NCBI GenBank assembly: GCA_044892525.1
Contig: CM097885.1
Location: 37,946,001 to 38,010,000, forward strand
Direction: 5' to 3'
DNA from: Schmidtea polychroa
Taxonomy: Eukaryota
DNA length: 64,000 bases
Every line of letters starts with the position of its first letter. Position 1 is the stretch's first letter. A program made the translations under genes and the position numbers. The notes under the pieces are model-generated. The model saw nothing but the letters and a program-made list of their open reading frames with translations, had not been told where the DNA came from and ran no database searches. Of the stretch, positions 12,640 to 44,219 are shown piece by piece.

Positions 12640-14255
12640 ATTTTTATAAGATTACTACATATGGGGGGATGGGTCATTTGCGAAAAATTATGAATTTATA
12701 TTTTTAAATGAAATATAATTTAACTGTCTATGAATATGATATAATTCAGTATACCTACGTAGTAGTTAATGGCTATATGATTTGAGGGGGGTCGGTTAAA
12801 TAAAAAATACAAGTTATATTTTTAAAGGTAATATAAGTTGACTATATCTGCAAACAAATTAAATTAGTACTTTTGGGTAATCATTAAGGACTATATCATC
12901 TGAGGGGGGGGTCATTTATAAAAATGTACAATTTATAGTTTTAAATATAATATAAGTTAAATATATATTAAGATAAGCTAATTTAGTATATTTAGGTAAT
13001 GGATAAAGACTGTATAATTTTGAGGGGGGTCATTCATAAAAATTTACAATTTATATTTTTAAATATTATATATAAAATAGTCTAAATGAGTGTATCAGGT
13101 GGTGGTTGATGGTTATATGAATTAAGGGGGGGGGTCATTTATCAAAATTTTCCAAATTTATATCATAAAGATAATGTATTAATGTATTTAGACAATAATT
13201 AATGGTTAGGTGATCTGAGGAATTATTAAGTTTGATAACTGCACATATATAAGTTAATTTATTGCTATATATATTGTTCTCGACTAATGTATAGTTTGAG
13301 GGGGGTACTTATGAAAAAGGTAAGTTATACTTTTATAAGTTTCAAATATACATATATAAGTTAGATTATGAATTTGAACATTTGTTTCGGCGATTACGTA
13401 ACTCGGGGGGGGGAGTTTTTTATAAAATATTTACAACTTATTATAAATTATATTTTTGTCGCTAACTTAGTTTATGTTTCATACTTTTATGACCAAATTA
13501 AGATTATAATTTATACTCCTACAGCTAATATAAGTTTATAATTTATATCTTTATGAAGTTAAGTTAAATTTATAGTTTCTATTTTTAAAGCTAATATAAT
13601 TTTATAATTTATACTTTTAAGTTTATAATTTATATTTTTATGAAGTTACGTTAAATTTAGAGTTTATATTTTAAGGCTAATATAATTTTATAATTTATAT
13701 TTTTATGAAGTTAAGTTTATAATTTATATTTTTAAAACTAATAACTTTATAATTTATACTTTTAAGATTTATAATTTATATTTTTATGAGGTTAAGTTAA
13801 ATTTATAGTTTATGTTCTAAGGCTAATATAATTTTATAATTTATACTTTTAAGATCATGATTTATATTTTGAAGAAATTAAGATTATAATTTATACTTTT
13901 ACAATCAACTTAGAGTTATAATTTATAATTTATAGTCAATGTAAATTTGTAATTTATATTTTTAGGAAATTAAATTTATAATTTATACTTTTATAACTAA
14001 TTATAATTTATATTTTTATGAACTTAGGATTATAATTTATACTTTTGTAATTAACTTAGAGTTATAATTTATAATTTTACAGTCAATATAAATTTGTAAT
14101 TTATATTTTTAGGAAATTAAATTTATAATTTATACTTTTATAACTAATCATAATTTATATTTTGAAGAAATTAAATCTATAAGTATAATTCATATTTTTA
14201 TGCAATTGAGATGATAATTTATACTTTTATGTGTTTACGATTTGTATTTTTATAG
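12640..14255. repeat. Degenerate satellite block: ~110-120 bp units with TGAGGGGGG(T)CATTT cores (12660-13420), then a ~30 bp TTATAATTTATA(C/T)TTTT minisatellite (13430-14255)
   Basis: G-tract cores near 12663, 12783, 12901, 13021, 13125, 13298 and 13406; dozens of short AT-rich units follow. Confidence 0.85.
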
Positions 14256-16528
14256 TTAGTTCAGAGTCTATTCAATTTAAAATCCAAGTCTTGCCGATAC
14301 GCATGTCGAACACCTTTATGAATACTATCGCTACTAAATCAATCATTTAGAAAAAAAAATCTTTACTTTACATTATTACTAGAAAATTTATTTAGGACAT
14401 TTATAAATCTAGATTCGACAAACGTATAGGTAGAGTTGGTTCTTGATGATGTTTAACCGTCTACATTAATTGTGAATTGTAGAGTTGTGATTAATTTAGG
14501 TCTGAGATCTACTCTGTTTATTAACCTTAGTGTATTGTATTGTGATGATTTTGGATGTAGATTTTAACTATGTAAGTTATTCATGTATTGAAAGTCGGGA
14601 AGAGTGTTTGCTTTCGCGGCCCCACTGTGACCACTACGACAAACCTTACTGTTGTGTGGTAAGTCAACCCTTTACGGCTGACCTATAATAAATAGGTAGA
14701 GTCAGACGGAGGATTTCATCGACTTAACTCCATGGCAGAACCATGAAGTGGTGCGACCTCCGAATGACCTGAACAAAAAAAACCAATAATATTGATAAGT
14801 GCGTGCCAGGCAGTGGCCTGCAATCATTGTGGGCTGTTTACTCATCGATGATGAAGTGCATAGGTGCAGGGTTGGCTGGGATCTCGCTTCAAAATCAATG
14901 ATAACCGACGATCTCACTCAAACCTACATTTCTATAGTTAAAAAGAAATAATGAAAACAAGGTTTCAATAATAATAATTTATAATTCACAATGAAATCGT
15001 CCTTACCTACAATCTCAGAAAAATCAAAACCAAAAATTTGGCATAAGAGTAAAAATATTCATTTGCATTTTTTTTTCCTTGAAAAGTGACGAAATGTGTT
15101 AGTTTATATAGCCTCTGTTTGACGTGTAAGTATACATGCGTGCATTGATGCAGTAAAACAAATTCGGATTATTTTAATTCTCGAACATTCGATTTTTAAT
15201 TTTTATCGATTTTGATGGCGATTTTTCAGTAAGAATTTTTGTTTTTATTGTTGGAATTTTGTTTTTGAATTATTTTTTATTAAATTTGCCTCCATGATGG
15301 ATTTCAGCATTTCCAGAACATTCCATGCTAAATTTAATTTATTTCTTATTTTTAAATTGTTTTTTATGATTTCCTTTCTAAACTTTTTATTTTTTAAACT
15401 AAAATATTTATTTTTTATAAATTTTATTGGGTCGTTTGGCGGTCATGATGGATTTCGCCATTTTTATGAATTGTTCTGGACTTTTATTCAAGATATCGAT
15501 ATAATTTTCTTTACGTAAGATTTTATGGAGGTTTTCTTTAATTTTCTGTTTTAATTTTTACTAATCGCCTTTATTCGAATTTGTTTTTGGTTGTTTTATG
15601 TCTTTCGGTTATATTTGAGTAAGTTTTTGTGTAATACTTCTTGCTCGTGTTTTATTTTATTTTTTATTCAGATGTTTTATTTTTGGGTATATTATCTCTC
15701 TATTATCATTGTTTACTTGGTGTTTTATATATTTTTATTTAAGTAAACTTAATGCTGGGTATGCGTGTTGTGTACTGACACATTTCGTCCCATTCCTAAC
15801 TTTGGGTCTAGAAATCAGTTCTAGCCCAACAAAATATACGTTGGGTAGCTTATTGTTTTGATTAAAAGAAAACGAGGAGTCATCGGTTACCGACTTAAAT
15901 TAGCTAAAACCCAACAATACTTAGTGCCTTTCATAAATACGTTATTTTATTTTTCGTCTTTCATTTATTTCCTATATTTCTTTATCTTCGGCGCTTTATT
16001 TTTCAATTTTAATGCAAGTTTGTGCTTGTTTATTGTGTTGTGTTATGGCTGTAGCAGAACAAATAAATCTCAGTTTATGGAATCATTACTGTGAAGTAAA
16101 AATATGATGAACGTGATAGTTATGTTTTAGAATTTCCAAGTCTAAAGTTATAGAAACCATTCAGATTATGGTGTGCAACGAATTTATTGTTGCACCAAAC
16201 GTATTTTGAATGTTGAACACCATTCCTTGAAATAGGGTCTGATTAGAAAGATATTTCACGTCATATTTTTTAATATGACGCTACTAAGATATTTCACGTA
16301 TTCTTTGAAGATAAAATAGAATTGTTAACATCAAATTATAATTTTATTAATAAATATCGAATTGAATATTAAAAATGACCTTCAAGTTGTTTAAGTTACA
16401 AAATATATCAAGAAAATATAGCAACTTATAAATTATAACTTTGAAATTGTGATTAAAAAATGAAATTTCTTGATTTCCAGAAAGTTTAAATGTATGTAGA
16501 AAATCAAGCTTAATAATTTTCTGAAATT

Positions 16529-33445
<16,917 letters not shown>

Positions 33446-34122
33446 TAGAATCCTGTGAAAAATTTCAAATGATTTTTTACTATTTTTATAATTAAATTTT
33501 ACATTTATTGTTAGCTCTTATAATTTTTTCAAATTTTATTTTACAAAAAATATATATTTTAAATCTATTTATTCGATACAGGATTAAAGAGTAAAAATGA
33601 CGGATTTCTGAAACTAATAGGGAATCAAGTTTGAACTGAAAATTAGCTAAAAGTGTTGCATGTGTTGGGTGAAAACAGATTTTAGAAAGCATTAAACATA
33701 ACATGCACACATAGCCTTAAGTCCACTTAAAATTCAAACACGTAAAAATATACCAAATAAACACGAAAAATGAGCCACAAAACACCAAAATCGAGAAACA
33801 TAAAACCTAATTAAAATATAATACAAAAGTAAGAAGTAGAGCACGAAATAAATATAGAAATAACATGGATAAATAACACAATTAATACAATTTTGAATTC
33901 ATGGTAATAAATAGAAATAATATGTGTTAAAAATAATATATAAAAAATGGATTAGAAAATAAAAATAGAAATTATAGAATATTCGAGAAATATGCGATAT
34001 CTATGATGGAGTCGCAATTAATAAAAATTAAATAAAATATAAAAATAAGGAAATAAATTAAATAATAAATGACTAGGAAAATTAATAAAAATTAAATCAA
34101 AAAAGAAATTGATTTAAAAGTA

Positions 34123-35066
34123 CACCTAATCCAGAATATAAAAGTTTCTATAATCTAAAAAAAATCGATAAAATTATACTATAGCAACACACAAACTTAC
34201 CTGTGTGCAAAAATTTAATGTTCCGAATGTTAAAAGTTTTATTATAGGAATTGAGAAAGTGACAGAAAAATAATTTTACATACAAACACAGCACACATAA
34301 TATAAAATACACGTAAATTTAATATAGCTTTTTTTATTCCGAAAGTAGAAAGTCATTAACATATTGTTAACATATCATCATTTTTAATATATTAAAATTC
34401 ATGGCAGAAAAAATTTTGGATTTTCAATCGGACAACTCTACTTTGAGTTTTCGATAAAAGGACGACAAAACATCGTAAAATCTATTTATAAAATATTTTT
34501 GAAGTATTTATTTCTTTAGATTTTTAGATATTTTTCTGGAAAAAAATTCGAAAATCGTAAATTTTTATAACTTGCATAAAAAAATAAAAATTTCATAGAA
34601 TTACATAAAATGACAAAATTCGCCATATAAATGAACTGGATAAAGAACATTACAAAAACTTAAAAAACTACTCGCTTCTTTCTTAAATGTCTTAGAAAAA
34701 TAAATGTTTTCGGTGAATTCTTTATTTATTCATAGTTAAAAATATTAATCTAACTTACATTTTATCGAAATAATTCCAAATAAATTCATAGTCATAAAAA
34801 TTCTATAAAAAACCTGAAAATTAATTAAAAATAATTTATAATCAAAATATTGACTACAAGTAAAATTTAAAAGCTTGACTAGTGATCTCATAATTTTATA
34901 AAATCAAAATTCAAACCTTAAAAATTACTTAAATTAAAAAAACTTACTTGTAAAATTGAATAAATGAAATGAAGTAAATAACTTCACATTCTCATAAATA
35001 GTGAGTCATCAACTGATGAACACACCAACATGTATTATAGAGACTTTTAACATCTGAAATTAGGTG
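34123..35066. mobile_element. Non-autonomous TA-flanked (Tc1/mariner-type) element, 944 bp
   Basis: TA-CACCTAAT ... ATTAGGTG-TA ends; the interior is the reverse complement of 36881-37872. Confidence 0.7.
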
Positions 35067-36880
35067 TATTCGAATTTTTAAATGCATCAAAACATACACA
35101 CTAACAAGCACATCAAAATCAGGTTATGTATATAGGATCACATTTAGTGACAATTTAATGAAATTTGAATTTACAATTTTCATTGTATGCCCGAAACTTG
35201 GAAAAATGGTAAATAGGTTTAAATGCAATAAAGTAAATGCTCATCAAATGCATAATAATCGAGAGTAATAATATTTAGGATAAGTACCTCGTTCAAAACG
35301 GTGATAAATAATGCAGTTCTGATCATAAACGGAGGAAATAATACGTGATGCGAGTAGCTCATTTAAATCTAATAAACAATAAAGATATGATAAACAAAGT
35401 ACTGTTGGGCGAAGAGCAAAGCTGCTAAGAGAATTTGCGGGATATGAGTAATAACGATAAAAAAGAAGGGCCAAAATAAAGCGAACAGGAAAAGATCTGA
35501 GATTATAGATATCTGAGACTACATAGCATAAAAAATACAAGATGCTATTAAAATAAAAAGAGAAAAACACCAATTGAAACAAAAATAAACCCTAAACACT
35601 TAATTAAAATCCAAAACAAAATTAATAAAATAATGAATAATAATTAATTTGTAAGAATATTTTTTACTTGTGAAACTACTTGTGGTTACATTTTAAGAAT
35701 ATTAAAAGTCGCTAGAAAAAGACATAAATTAACCAGAAAAAAGATTGTACGGTAATATTTATTTAATTAACTAAAAAATTATAAAATTAAAAAAATAACA
35801 TTTATTTAAAAATAAATATGCATTTAAATACATAAATATTTTAGAATGTGAAATTTCCATAATTTTCAATAAAATCTTCAAAATAATTAGTCATATTTCT
35901 TTGCACGTAAAATCCTGCGAACTGTTGGGTCTTATGGGTGTATCATTTTTTTAAATGTGTTAGGGGAATTTATAAATTTTGAATCGACTCCTTCTTAACG
36001 CCCTTATGATTATTGTGCTTTAGACCATCTGTATACCCATGGTAGTAGCCATGTTGATACTGTATACAATGGTTGAAAATTCATGAGCAGGTGAGCTATA
36101 TTTCTAAAACTACTCCACTTGATATTTTCATTTTTGGGTTCTGGACTGCCGATAGAAGGTCTTACGTCATTATTCACTATCTATGCTGTTGTTAGATTAT
36201 TTGTGGTCCTCAATTACGCGTATTTCCTATTGTTCTTTTCTAAAATTTTGCACAGGGATCCACCCTTATTTTCCTATTAATAAATGTTACTAGGTATTTT
36301 CCGTGATATCTAGGAATATTTAACTTATCTTCCAAAACATTTGAGCAGGGATCCGCCTTCATTTTCAAGTTAATACATGTTGTTTTATACTTTCTGTAAT
36401 GCTTGCTGATGTTCGACCTATTCTTCAAAAGATTTGAGCAGGGATTTACCTGTATTTCTAATTCTAAGAAATACTAACGACGACGGACCAGTGGAGCAGA
36501 CCCTCATTCTGGCCCGATCAATCCGTGTGAATCTGAAAAGCCAGCCGAACTACTAGCAAGAGGAAGAACTAGTGTCCCTTAAGCTGTGGCCTACTGGGTC
36601 CTAGCTCTACTGTAACTATTTTTCGTATGTAATAAACATAACAATTAAACACAATAAAATTTATTATTCAAAACTTAAAAACTAACTGAAAATTAAACAA
36701 TTTAAACGAACAAAAAAATTAACTAAAAACTAAATTGAATATAAAATTTATTAGCTTAAAACATTACATAAAAATTACACATTAAAAGAAAATTACCAAA
36801 TCCACGATGGCATAAAATCTAAAACTGAGAGCACGTGTTTACTGTCTCAAATAAAAAATTTTCTCTGTCTAACCAATGTA

Positions 36881-37872
36881 CACCCGTTTGCGAAAGTTAA
36901 CATTGTCTATAATATACGTTGGTGTGGTCACCAGTTGAGGTGAGTCACCAATTATATGACAATGTTAACTTAATTTCATTTATTCAATTTTTCAAAAATC
37001 GTTTTAACGTAATTTTTTGAATTAAAGTAATTTTTAGGATTTGAATTTTGATTTTATATAATTATGAGATCATTATTCAAGTTCTTAAATATTGCTGTTA
37101 GTCATCATTTATAATATAACATATTGATAATTAAATTTCAGGTGTTTTTAGGAATTTTATGATATTTTATTTGGAATAATTTGGATTTATTTCGTAAAAA
37201 TATAAGTTAGATATTTTTATAATTATAAATAAATAAAGTATTCACCAAACATTTATTTTTTAAGACATTTAGGAAAGAATGGATAAAATAGTTTTTTAAG
37301 TTTTTGTAATTTTCTTTCGAATTTTGTCTTTATCTGTAATTCTATGAAAATATTAATTTGTTAAAATAATTTATTAAAATAATTTATTAAAAATAATTTA
37401 TTAAAAATAATTTATTAGCGATTTTTTTCCTGAAAATTCAAAGATGTCGAAGGACCTTCTTCAATATCTGTAAATCTAAAGAAATTTTATATTCTAAATT
37501 ATATTATAATTAAATCTTACGATGTATTTTCTTCTTTTTCTCTAAAGTTCAAGGTAGAGCAGTTGGAATCTGATTCAAAAGTTTTTTTGTGCATAACTTT
37601 TTAAATAATTTGAAAATATTAATATGTTAATTATATGTTAATCAATGTTAATTTCGCAAAAAAAACACTTTATTAATTTTGTATGTATTTTTCATTATGT
37701 GTGCTGTGTTTGTATGCTTAATTATTTTCTCTCACTTTTTAGATTCCTATAATAAATATGTTAACTTTCGCAGCATTAAATTTTTACACACAGGTAAGTT
37801 TGTGTGTTCCTATAATATATATTTATTGATTTTTTTAAGATTATAGGCTATGTTATTTTTCGCAAACGGGTG
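36881..37872. mobile_element. Non-autonomous TA-flanked (Tc1/mariner-type) element, 992 bp, nested in the ~36020-38730 repeat
   Basis: Perfect 15-bp TIR CACCCGTTTGCGAAA/TTTCGCAAACGGGTG with TA on both sides. Confidence 0.85.
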
Positions 37873-39671
37873 TATATCCAACTGGATTTGCAATCAGTAT
37901 TTATACTGATTTTGACTGTATATACATGCATTCTCTGCCACTAGATCCAATCAGAATGCGGTAAAATTGGTATTACTTTTGCATGCATGCATGAGTGTGT
38001 GTAATTGTTTATTTTTTAATTTAATTGATTTAAATAATTAATTAATTTAATTTTATAAATTTTTATTTAAATACTCTTAGCCAATTTTATTTTAATATTC
38101 ATTAATTTTAACCATTTAATTCTATAAACTTTATAATTTACACGATGTTAACTAATTTTATTTTAATTTTTATTATTTTAAACGATTTCATTTTACAGTT
38201 TAAATAATTTTCAACTAATTTTATTTTACATTTTATTATTTTTTTTCCATAGAAATTTTTAGTTTCAATTTTTAAATTTATTTATATCTCTATTTTATTT
38301 CTTTTAATTTTAAAATAAATTTTCCTGTTTCTTTTCTTAAAGTATGTACTCATTCTCATAGCTCCTTCATATGTAAACACGAGCCATAACAACCCTATTA
38401 AATTCGATTATGATCCTTCATATGTGAATGCGACCAATAATCCTTATTAAAATTTCTTTTTACATTCTTAAATTATTTTATTATCAATTATTATTTTATT
38501 TTCTAGTGGGCAGATTTCCAGAATATGTTATTTTTTTAACTGTGATAGTGATTGCAACTTATTGCGTTCCTTTATTCTATTATACGTGTTTTATTTATTC
38601 TCCATGTGTTAGGTACTTTATTTTGTATTATTTGGTGTATGATCATAAATTTTAATTCAATTGATGCGATTTTTAGGCTATGTATTTCTGATTCATTAAA
38701 ACAAGCTCTCAATTTTTTGTTCAAGCACAATACAACATACTCCATCAATTTTTAAATAAATGCTATTCAATATATCAATCTAGCGGAGATAAATTTATGT
38801 CACCTATAACATGATTCAAGTTACTTTTACCTCGGCTGGTCGACGTGCAGACATTTTAGAATTGAATATGTGTTGCTTGTTATGAATAGAATTGAGTTTT
38901 TGGATGATGTTAGCATATGAGAATTTTCTTTTTATTGAAATCAAATATATATCGTGATTTCTACTTCTATTACACGTTACTCGCTTCTAGATTTAGATAA
39001 ATACACTGGCATTTATGAGAGCAAAGCGAAAATTCTCAAATCTAATCTATTACTCGATAATTATGAATTTATGGTTCTTAGCATGTGCTGACTTCCTATT
39101 TCAAGTACTTTGCTATTTTCTTTGTGATTTTAACTGAACTTGGGGTTTGTTGACATTATCGCATTGTATTACAGCAAAACAAGATCTACAAACTAAATTT
39201 CTATTTCAGTTCTGGCAAAGCACTATAGTGATTGCACTCTAAACTACTTGCAATTCAACATTTGCTATTAATTTTGTAATCTATAAATTTTTTTTCAAAA
39301 TTATAAATATAAAAAAATCTTAATAATTCTCAAAATACTAAAGGCTTAAAAATAATTTTTTTAATTATTTAATTGAAACTAAGCATTTGTGAAAAATGTG
39401 AAATAAATTAATAATATTTGTATCAAAATTTCAAAGTTACTAATATACCTTGTTTAAATAAATTTAATTATAATTTATTTTTTAAATTTGTTTTGTTCTA
39501 ATAATATTTGTTAAAAGTAGATTTTTTGTAATTTTTTGGATGGAATTATATTAAATACTAATTTAAGTTATAAATTTTAATAATGATTAAATATAAATAT
39601 TATTTTTTACTGTAGTTATTACTGCTGTATTTTAGAATATCAATCAATAAATATATTTTTATATCCTACGA

Positions 39672-42600
39672 ATGAATAGTCAAATTATTCAAACTCCGAT
39701 TAAGTTTTCTATAAAAACTAGTAATCTTGATGATATTCATAAAAAGATAGATAAACCATCATCAAAAATTTCTTTTCACAAAAATAATTCGAAATTATCG
39801 AATTCTATTGATAATCATAATTTAAAAAATGATAACAAAATTAGATCATCAAAATGTTTAACAGATGTGTCTATAATTAATGGTATACCTGTAATTAAAA
39901 AGGTTTCAATGCCCAGTGAATCTTCCAAAAAATATGTTAAACTTAAAAGACCTTTAGAAGAGCATCAAAATGATATGTCATCCAAATTAAGAAAATGTGA
40001 CGATACTGAAGATACTATTATTATCGAACCAGAATCATCCAGCAAACTTGTAATACATCCTTTAAAAGTTATTAAAACAAGTGAAATTACCTATTCTCAC
40101 AAAGAAGTTGAAACTGTAAACATGTCAGCAATATTTAAGGCATTAGAAGAAAAGATGAATAATATAGATAAAATTTGTAAGAGCAATTCACAAAATCCTA
40201 AACCTGAAACAGATGAAATCAAGCCCGTTTTAAATAATAATAAATCTGAATCACAGTCAGTTAAAATGATTTTGAATGCTAAAAAACCGATTGCTGGAAG
40301 TACGGGGATATTTAAAGATGAAAATGAAGTTGAAGATAAAAACCATGAGGACACTAGACAATCTCGATTAGAAAGTCGTCAATCAAATTTAAAGTCTTTA
40401 CAAAAGTCGATATTAAACGAGCAAAAGAAATCCAAAGATACAACTAAAGAAAAATTAAACTCATCTCACAGAGATTCACGGGAGAAAGAAAAGAAATATC
40501 GAGATTGTAAAAATTATAACCGTAGCAATAATCGAGAATCCTATAAACATCGAGACAAGCGCGACAGTCATAGAGATGATTATAAACCGTTTGATAATTA
40601 CCGAAATCGAAGAAAATCTATTGAAAAGTCTGTTAAACAGAAAAAGATCAATACAGAATCTAAATTGGTTTATACAACGCTGGGTGAAGCTGTCAAATCT
40701 CATAAATCTAGCCAAGTCTCGTCTGACAAACTAAATCTTATTATTAAAGATGAATATCATGATATTGTCATCCCAAATTCTACCATTGATCTTTCTGAAA
40801 AGGTTTTAGAAGATTCATTTAAGCTCCATCTCGACAAGCAGCGCTCGGTGAAAGATAAATCAAAAATTACTGAAAATCTTAAGAAATTACTGGATAGAAA
40901 AAATTCCAAGGACATTAAAAAAGAAATACCCGAAACCAGTAGCAGAAATACCTCCGCAAAAGACTCTTCAGAAACTCATATAATCAGCCATCAGTCAATA
41001 AAGGATGACCTACCGTTCTCAAATCTGCCTCCGCCAGATACTAATGGATCTGATCAATATCCGATCTCATCTTTTCATACATTCAATCTTGAACCAATAA
41101 CAACTGCTGAAAACATTTCTTTCAATGCATTACCTCAAACTCCACAATCAGACTCCTCTTCTCATAGCGAGCGCAAATTCTCTAACTCAAATACTCCAAT
41201 TTCGGAAGTTCTTCCATCTGCTGGCATCCAGTTTACGACGGAAGGGAATTCTCCGCCTGAGTCGCTGAAACCTCAATTTTTCATCAAAACCGCAAACATA
41301 TCATTCAAAATCAGTCCGAAAAAAGTACAAACCAGCAATGTGTTTTCACAATCGCTCGGTGGAGATTTGACATCAATCCCGCGCCAAGATACCCCGAATC
41401 AGCCAATTAGCATTGTCCCGATTACTTCAGAACCGACATTCAAAGTCCCATTCAATATCGACCGAAAATCCAAAATATCCAGTTCAGATAATGATTTTTC
41501 AAACGAAGAAGAACTGCCAACTGAAAATATCCAGCCAATTAGTTCTGTTAATCTTGAAAACAATTCCAATGCATTACCCGACAGCGATTTGATAGAACCG
41601 ATCGATCTGCCCGATCCATTCCAATCTGTATCAGATATCAGCGATCCAGCCAATGAAAATCAACTAAAACTAATACAAATTCCCGAAACATCCAACGGAA
41701 TTATAAAAGAACCCCAGATATTGTCAAATCAATCTGTACCGGAAACCGTGGATTTCCACCCAGTAAAACCGCAATATATTGACAATTTATCACCAAACAG
41801 TCAACAAAATCCAAATCCACAACAGAACATCCAATCAGATGGTAATATACTGAAAAATCTAGGAAATTGCCTCAGTAAAAAGAAAAACAACTCAAAATAC
41901 CGGAAACGTTCCAGAAGTAATTCCTCGGAAATAAATCATTCGAAACGTCGTCATTCGCGATCGAAATCCCGAAATCGTTCAAATGATCATTCGAGAACGC
42001 GCGGGAAATCCAAAAACAAATCTAAATCCCAAAAGCGATCAAAACACCGATCTCGGTCTCGGAAATTCTCCTCGGATCATTCTTTGTCCCGTAGGCATTC
42101 GAAGTCGACTAATCAATCGAAAAGTTATCGCGATTCAAGATGGAATTCAAAAGATCGGTTTGAATCTCAAAGGAAATATCGATACGATTCTCGTTCGAAA
42201 GAGAAATCCAAATCGAAAAATCGATGGAGAAATAATAATTCCCGATCATCAAAGAATTCGAGAAAAGATCGATTTTCATCAGAAAATTGTCGCGTGCAAA
42301 AATCTGGAGTGAGAAAGAAATCGAAAACTAGTTCACGAGATAAATCAGAATCGGGTAGGAATAGATATCGACACAGAAACAGCTCTAGTCACAAGGCACG
42401 ATCAAAAGACAAATCACACAAAGATAAACGAGTAAAAGAAATCGTAGAAATTAAAAAGGAAATGAAAACTAATTCTAATCGTTGTGTAAATCAATCACTT
42501 GCTGGTGAATTATTGGAGCCGTTGATCGATGGAGTGCTATGTATTAGGAAATTATCGACTGAAATTATTCCATCACCTGTTATGGAGTCAAAAATACAGA

Positions 42601-43431
42601 AATCATCGACTATTGATTTAAAAAAATCATCGACTATTGATCAAAATATCCCATTAACAATCAATCCAAAAATAATAGATAATAAATCAATAATTATCGA
42701 TGAAAAAATACCATCTAACCAATCTTCGATTATCGATTCAAAAGATCTAAAAATATGCAAAGGATCATCAATTATAGACCCCGAAATATCAGATAAGAAA
42801 TCGATAATTATCGACCAAAATTTGCTACCCAAACACTCATCGATAATCGATTCAAAAATATCATCAAATCAATCATTGACGGTCGATTTAAAAGAACTGC
42901 TAATTATCAATCCAAAAATATGCAAAGAATCATCAATTATAGACCCGAAAATAATAGATAAGAAATCAATAATTATCGATCAAAAAATACCAACCGATCA
43001 ATCTTCAATTATTAATTCAAAAATACCGGACCAAAAATCATTGATTATCGATCAGAAAACACAATCCAGTCAACCATCGATTATTGATTCAAAAACATCA
43101 ATTAACGATCGAAAAATACCAGACAATAAATTATCGATTATTGTTCCAAATTTAACCTCGGAAATTTCCACAAGTACAGATAAAATAAAAATCCGAAAAG
43201 AAGTGCTGATCTATGATCAAGAATCAACTGCATTGAATCAAACTCTAACAACAAAGGAATCTGTGAAATCCAATGACCTGGCTTCATATTCCAATTCAAT
43301 TCCCATAATAGTGAGCAAAGTTCCAAATGATCCTCGATGTAAAAAAGAAGCAAAAATTTCTGAAGATAATTTACAAGATTTTCTTAATCGATTTCTTCAT
43401 AATAATTGTAACCCCATTGAAAGGAATACCA
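39672..43431 (+). CDS. SETD2: SETD2-like gene, first large coding exon (low-complexity, K/R/S-rich N-terminus)
   Basis: 1257-codon ORF; A|GTAAGA donor at 43431/43432 (phase 1) joins in frame to the acceptor at 49504/49505 of the SET exon. Confidence 0.75.
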
Positions 43432-43537
43432 GTAAGAATTCTTAATTTATAGCTCTATCTAATATTAAAAATGCCAAGCGAAGCATAAAAATAAATTTAA
43501 CTTAATATTTTACTTATAATTTGTCAGTATTATATAC

Positions 43538-43928
43538 CAACGGTGGGCAAATGCGGCTCTTCGTTGAGTAAACTGCGGCTCTTTGATAATTGAATTTTTG
43601 ATAATTGAATTCGATTTTTTTATTTTGAAATTTTTTCAACTGAATTTTTAAAAAAAAATTTTTTGTTGCAATTGTATTTTCATGGTTAGTTCATTTTTAC
43701 CTGTGTCACAAAATAGGTGTAAACAGAATTAAAATTTATAGTGTCATTCGATGGCGGTATTTAGAATCAAAATTTAATATTTCCTTATTACATTCTACCT
43801 TGTTTGATTCTTTTTATAAGCAATATTTAAATAATACATGTCTCACTACACTATATACCAGGGGTGGGCAAGTGCGGCTCTTTGATGAGCCATGTGGCTC
43901 TCTAGGACCTCATGCGTGCCCACCCCTG
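43538..43928. mobile_element. hAT MITE with a duplicated left end (inner 70-bp unit 43859-43928)
   Basis: Left ends CAACGGTGGGCA (43538) and CAGGGGTGGGCA (43859), right end TGCCCACCCCTG (43928); TTATATAC at 43530-43537 and 43929-43936. Confidence 0.75.
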
Positions 43929-44219
43929 TTATATACATAAATTTACATTATTAATCTACTCATAATTTGTCAATATTTTATATATATATATAAATGAATT
44001 TAACTTAATATTCTACTTATAATTTATCAGTATTATGTATATCAATAAATTGAACTTAATTTTCTACAGCATAAAACTGTGGAGAATTTATTGAATAATT
44101 AATTTTTAAATAAAAATAGTCGGTAATTCTTGATTTTCTTTTTGAAATTTTTTACCCTAAATAAATTTTCGATTCAGATATAACAAAGAGAACCTTTTTA
44201 TTGTTTGTTATAAATGTAT

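Noticed and set aside
14590..14615. GAAAGTC motif suggesting RNase P/MRP RNA
   Set aside because: No complementary P4 partner (CR-V) found downstream
40097..43353. Antisense and alternate-frame ORFs over the large SETD2 exon (also 49754-51461)
   Set aside because: Shadow ORFs of a long coding exon with no recognisable motifs
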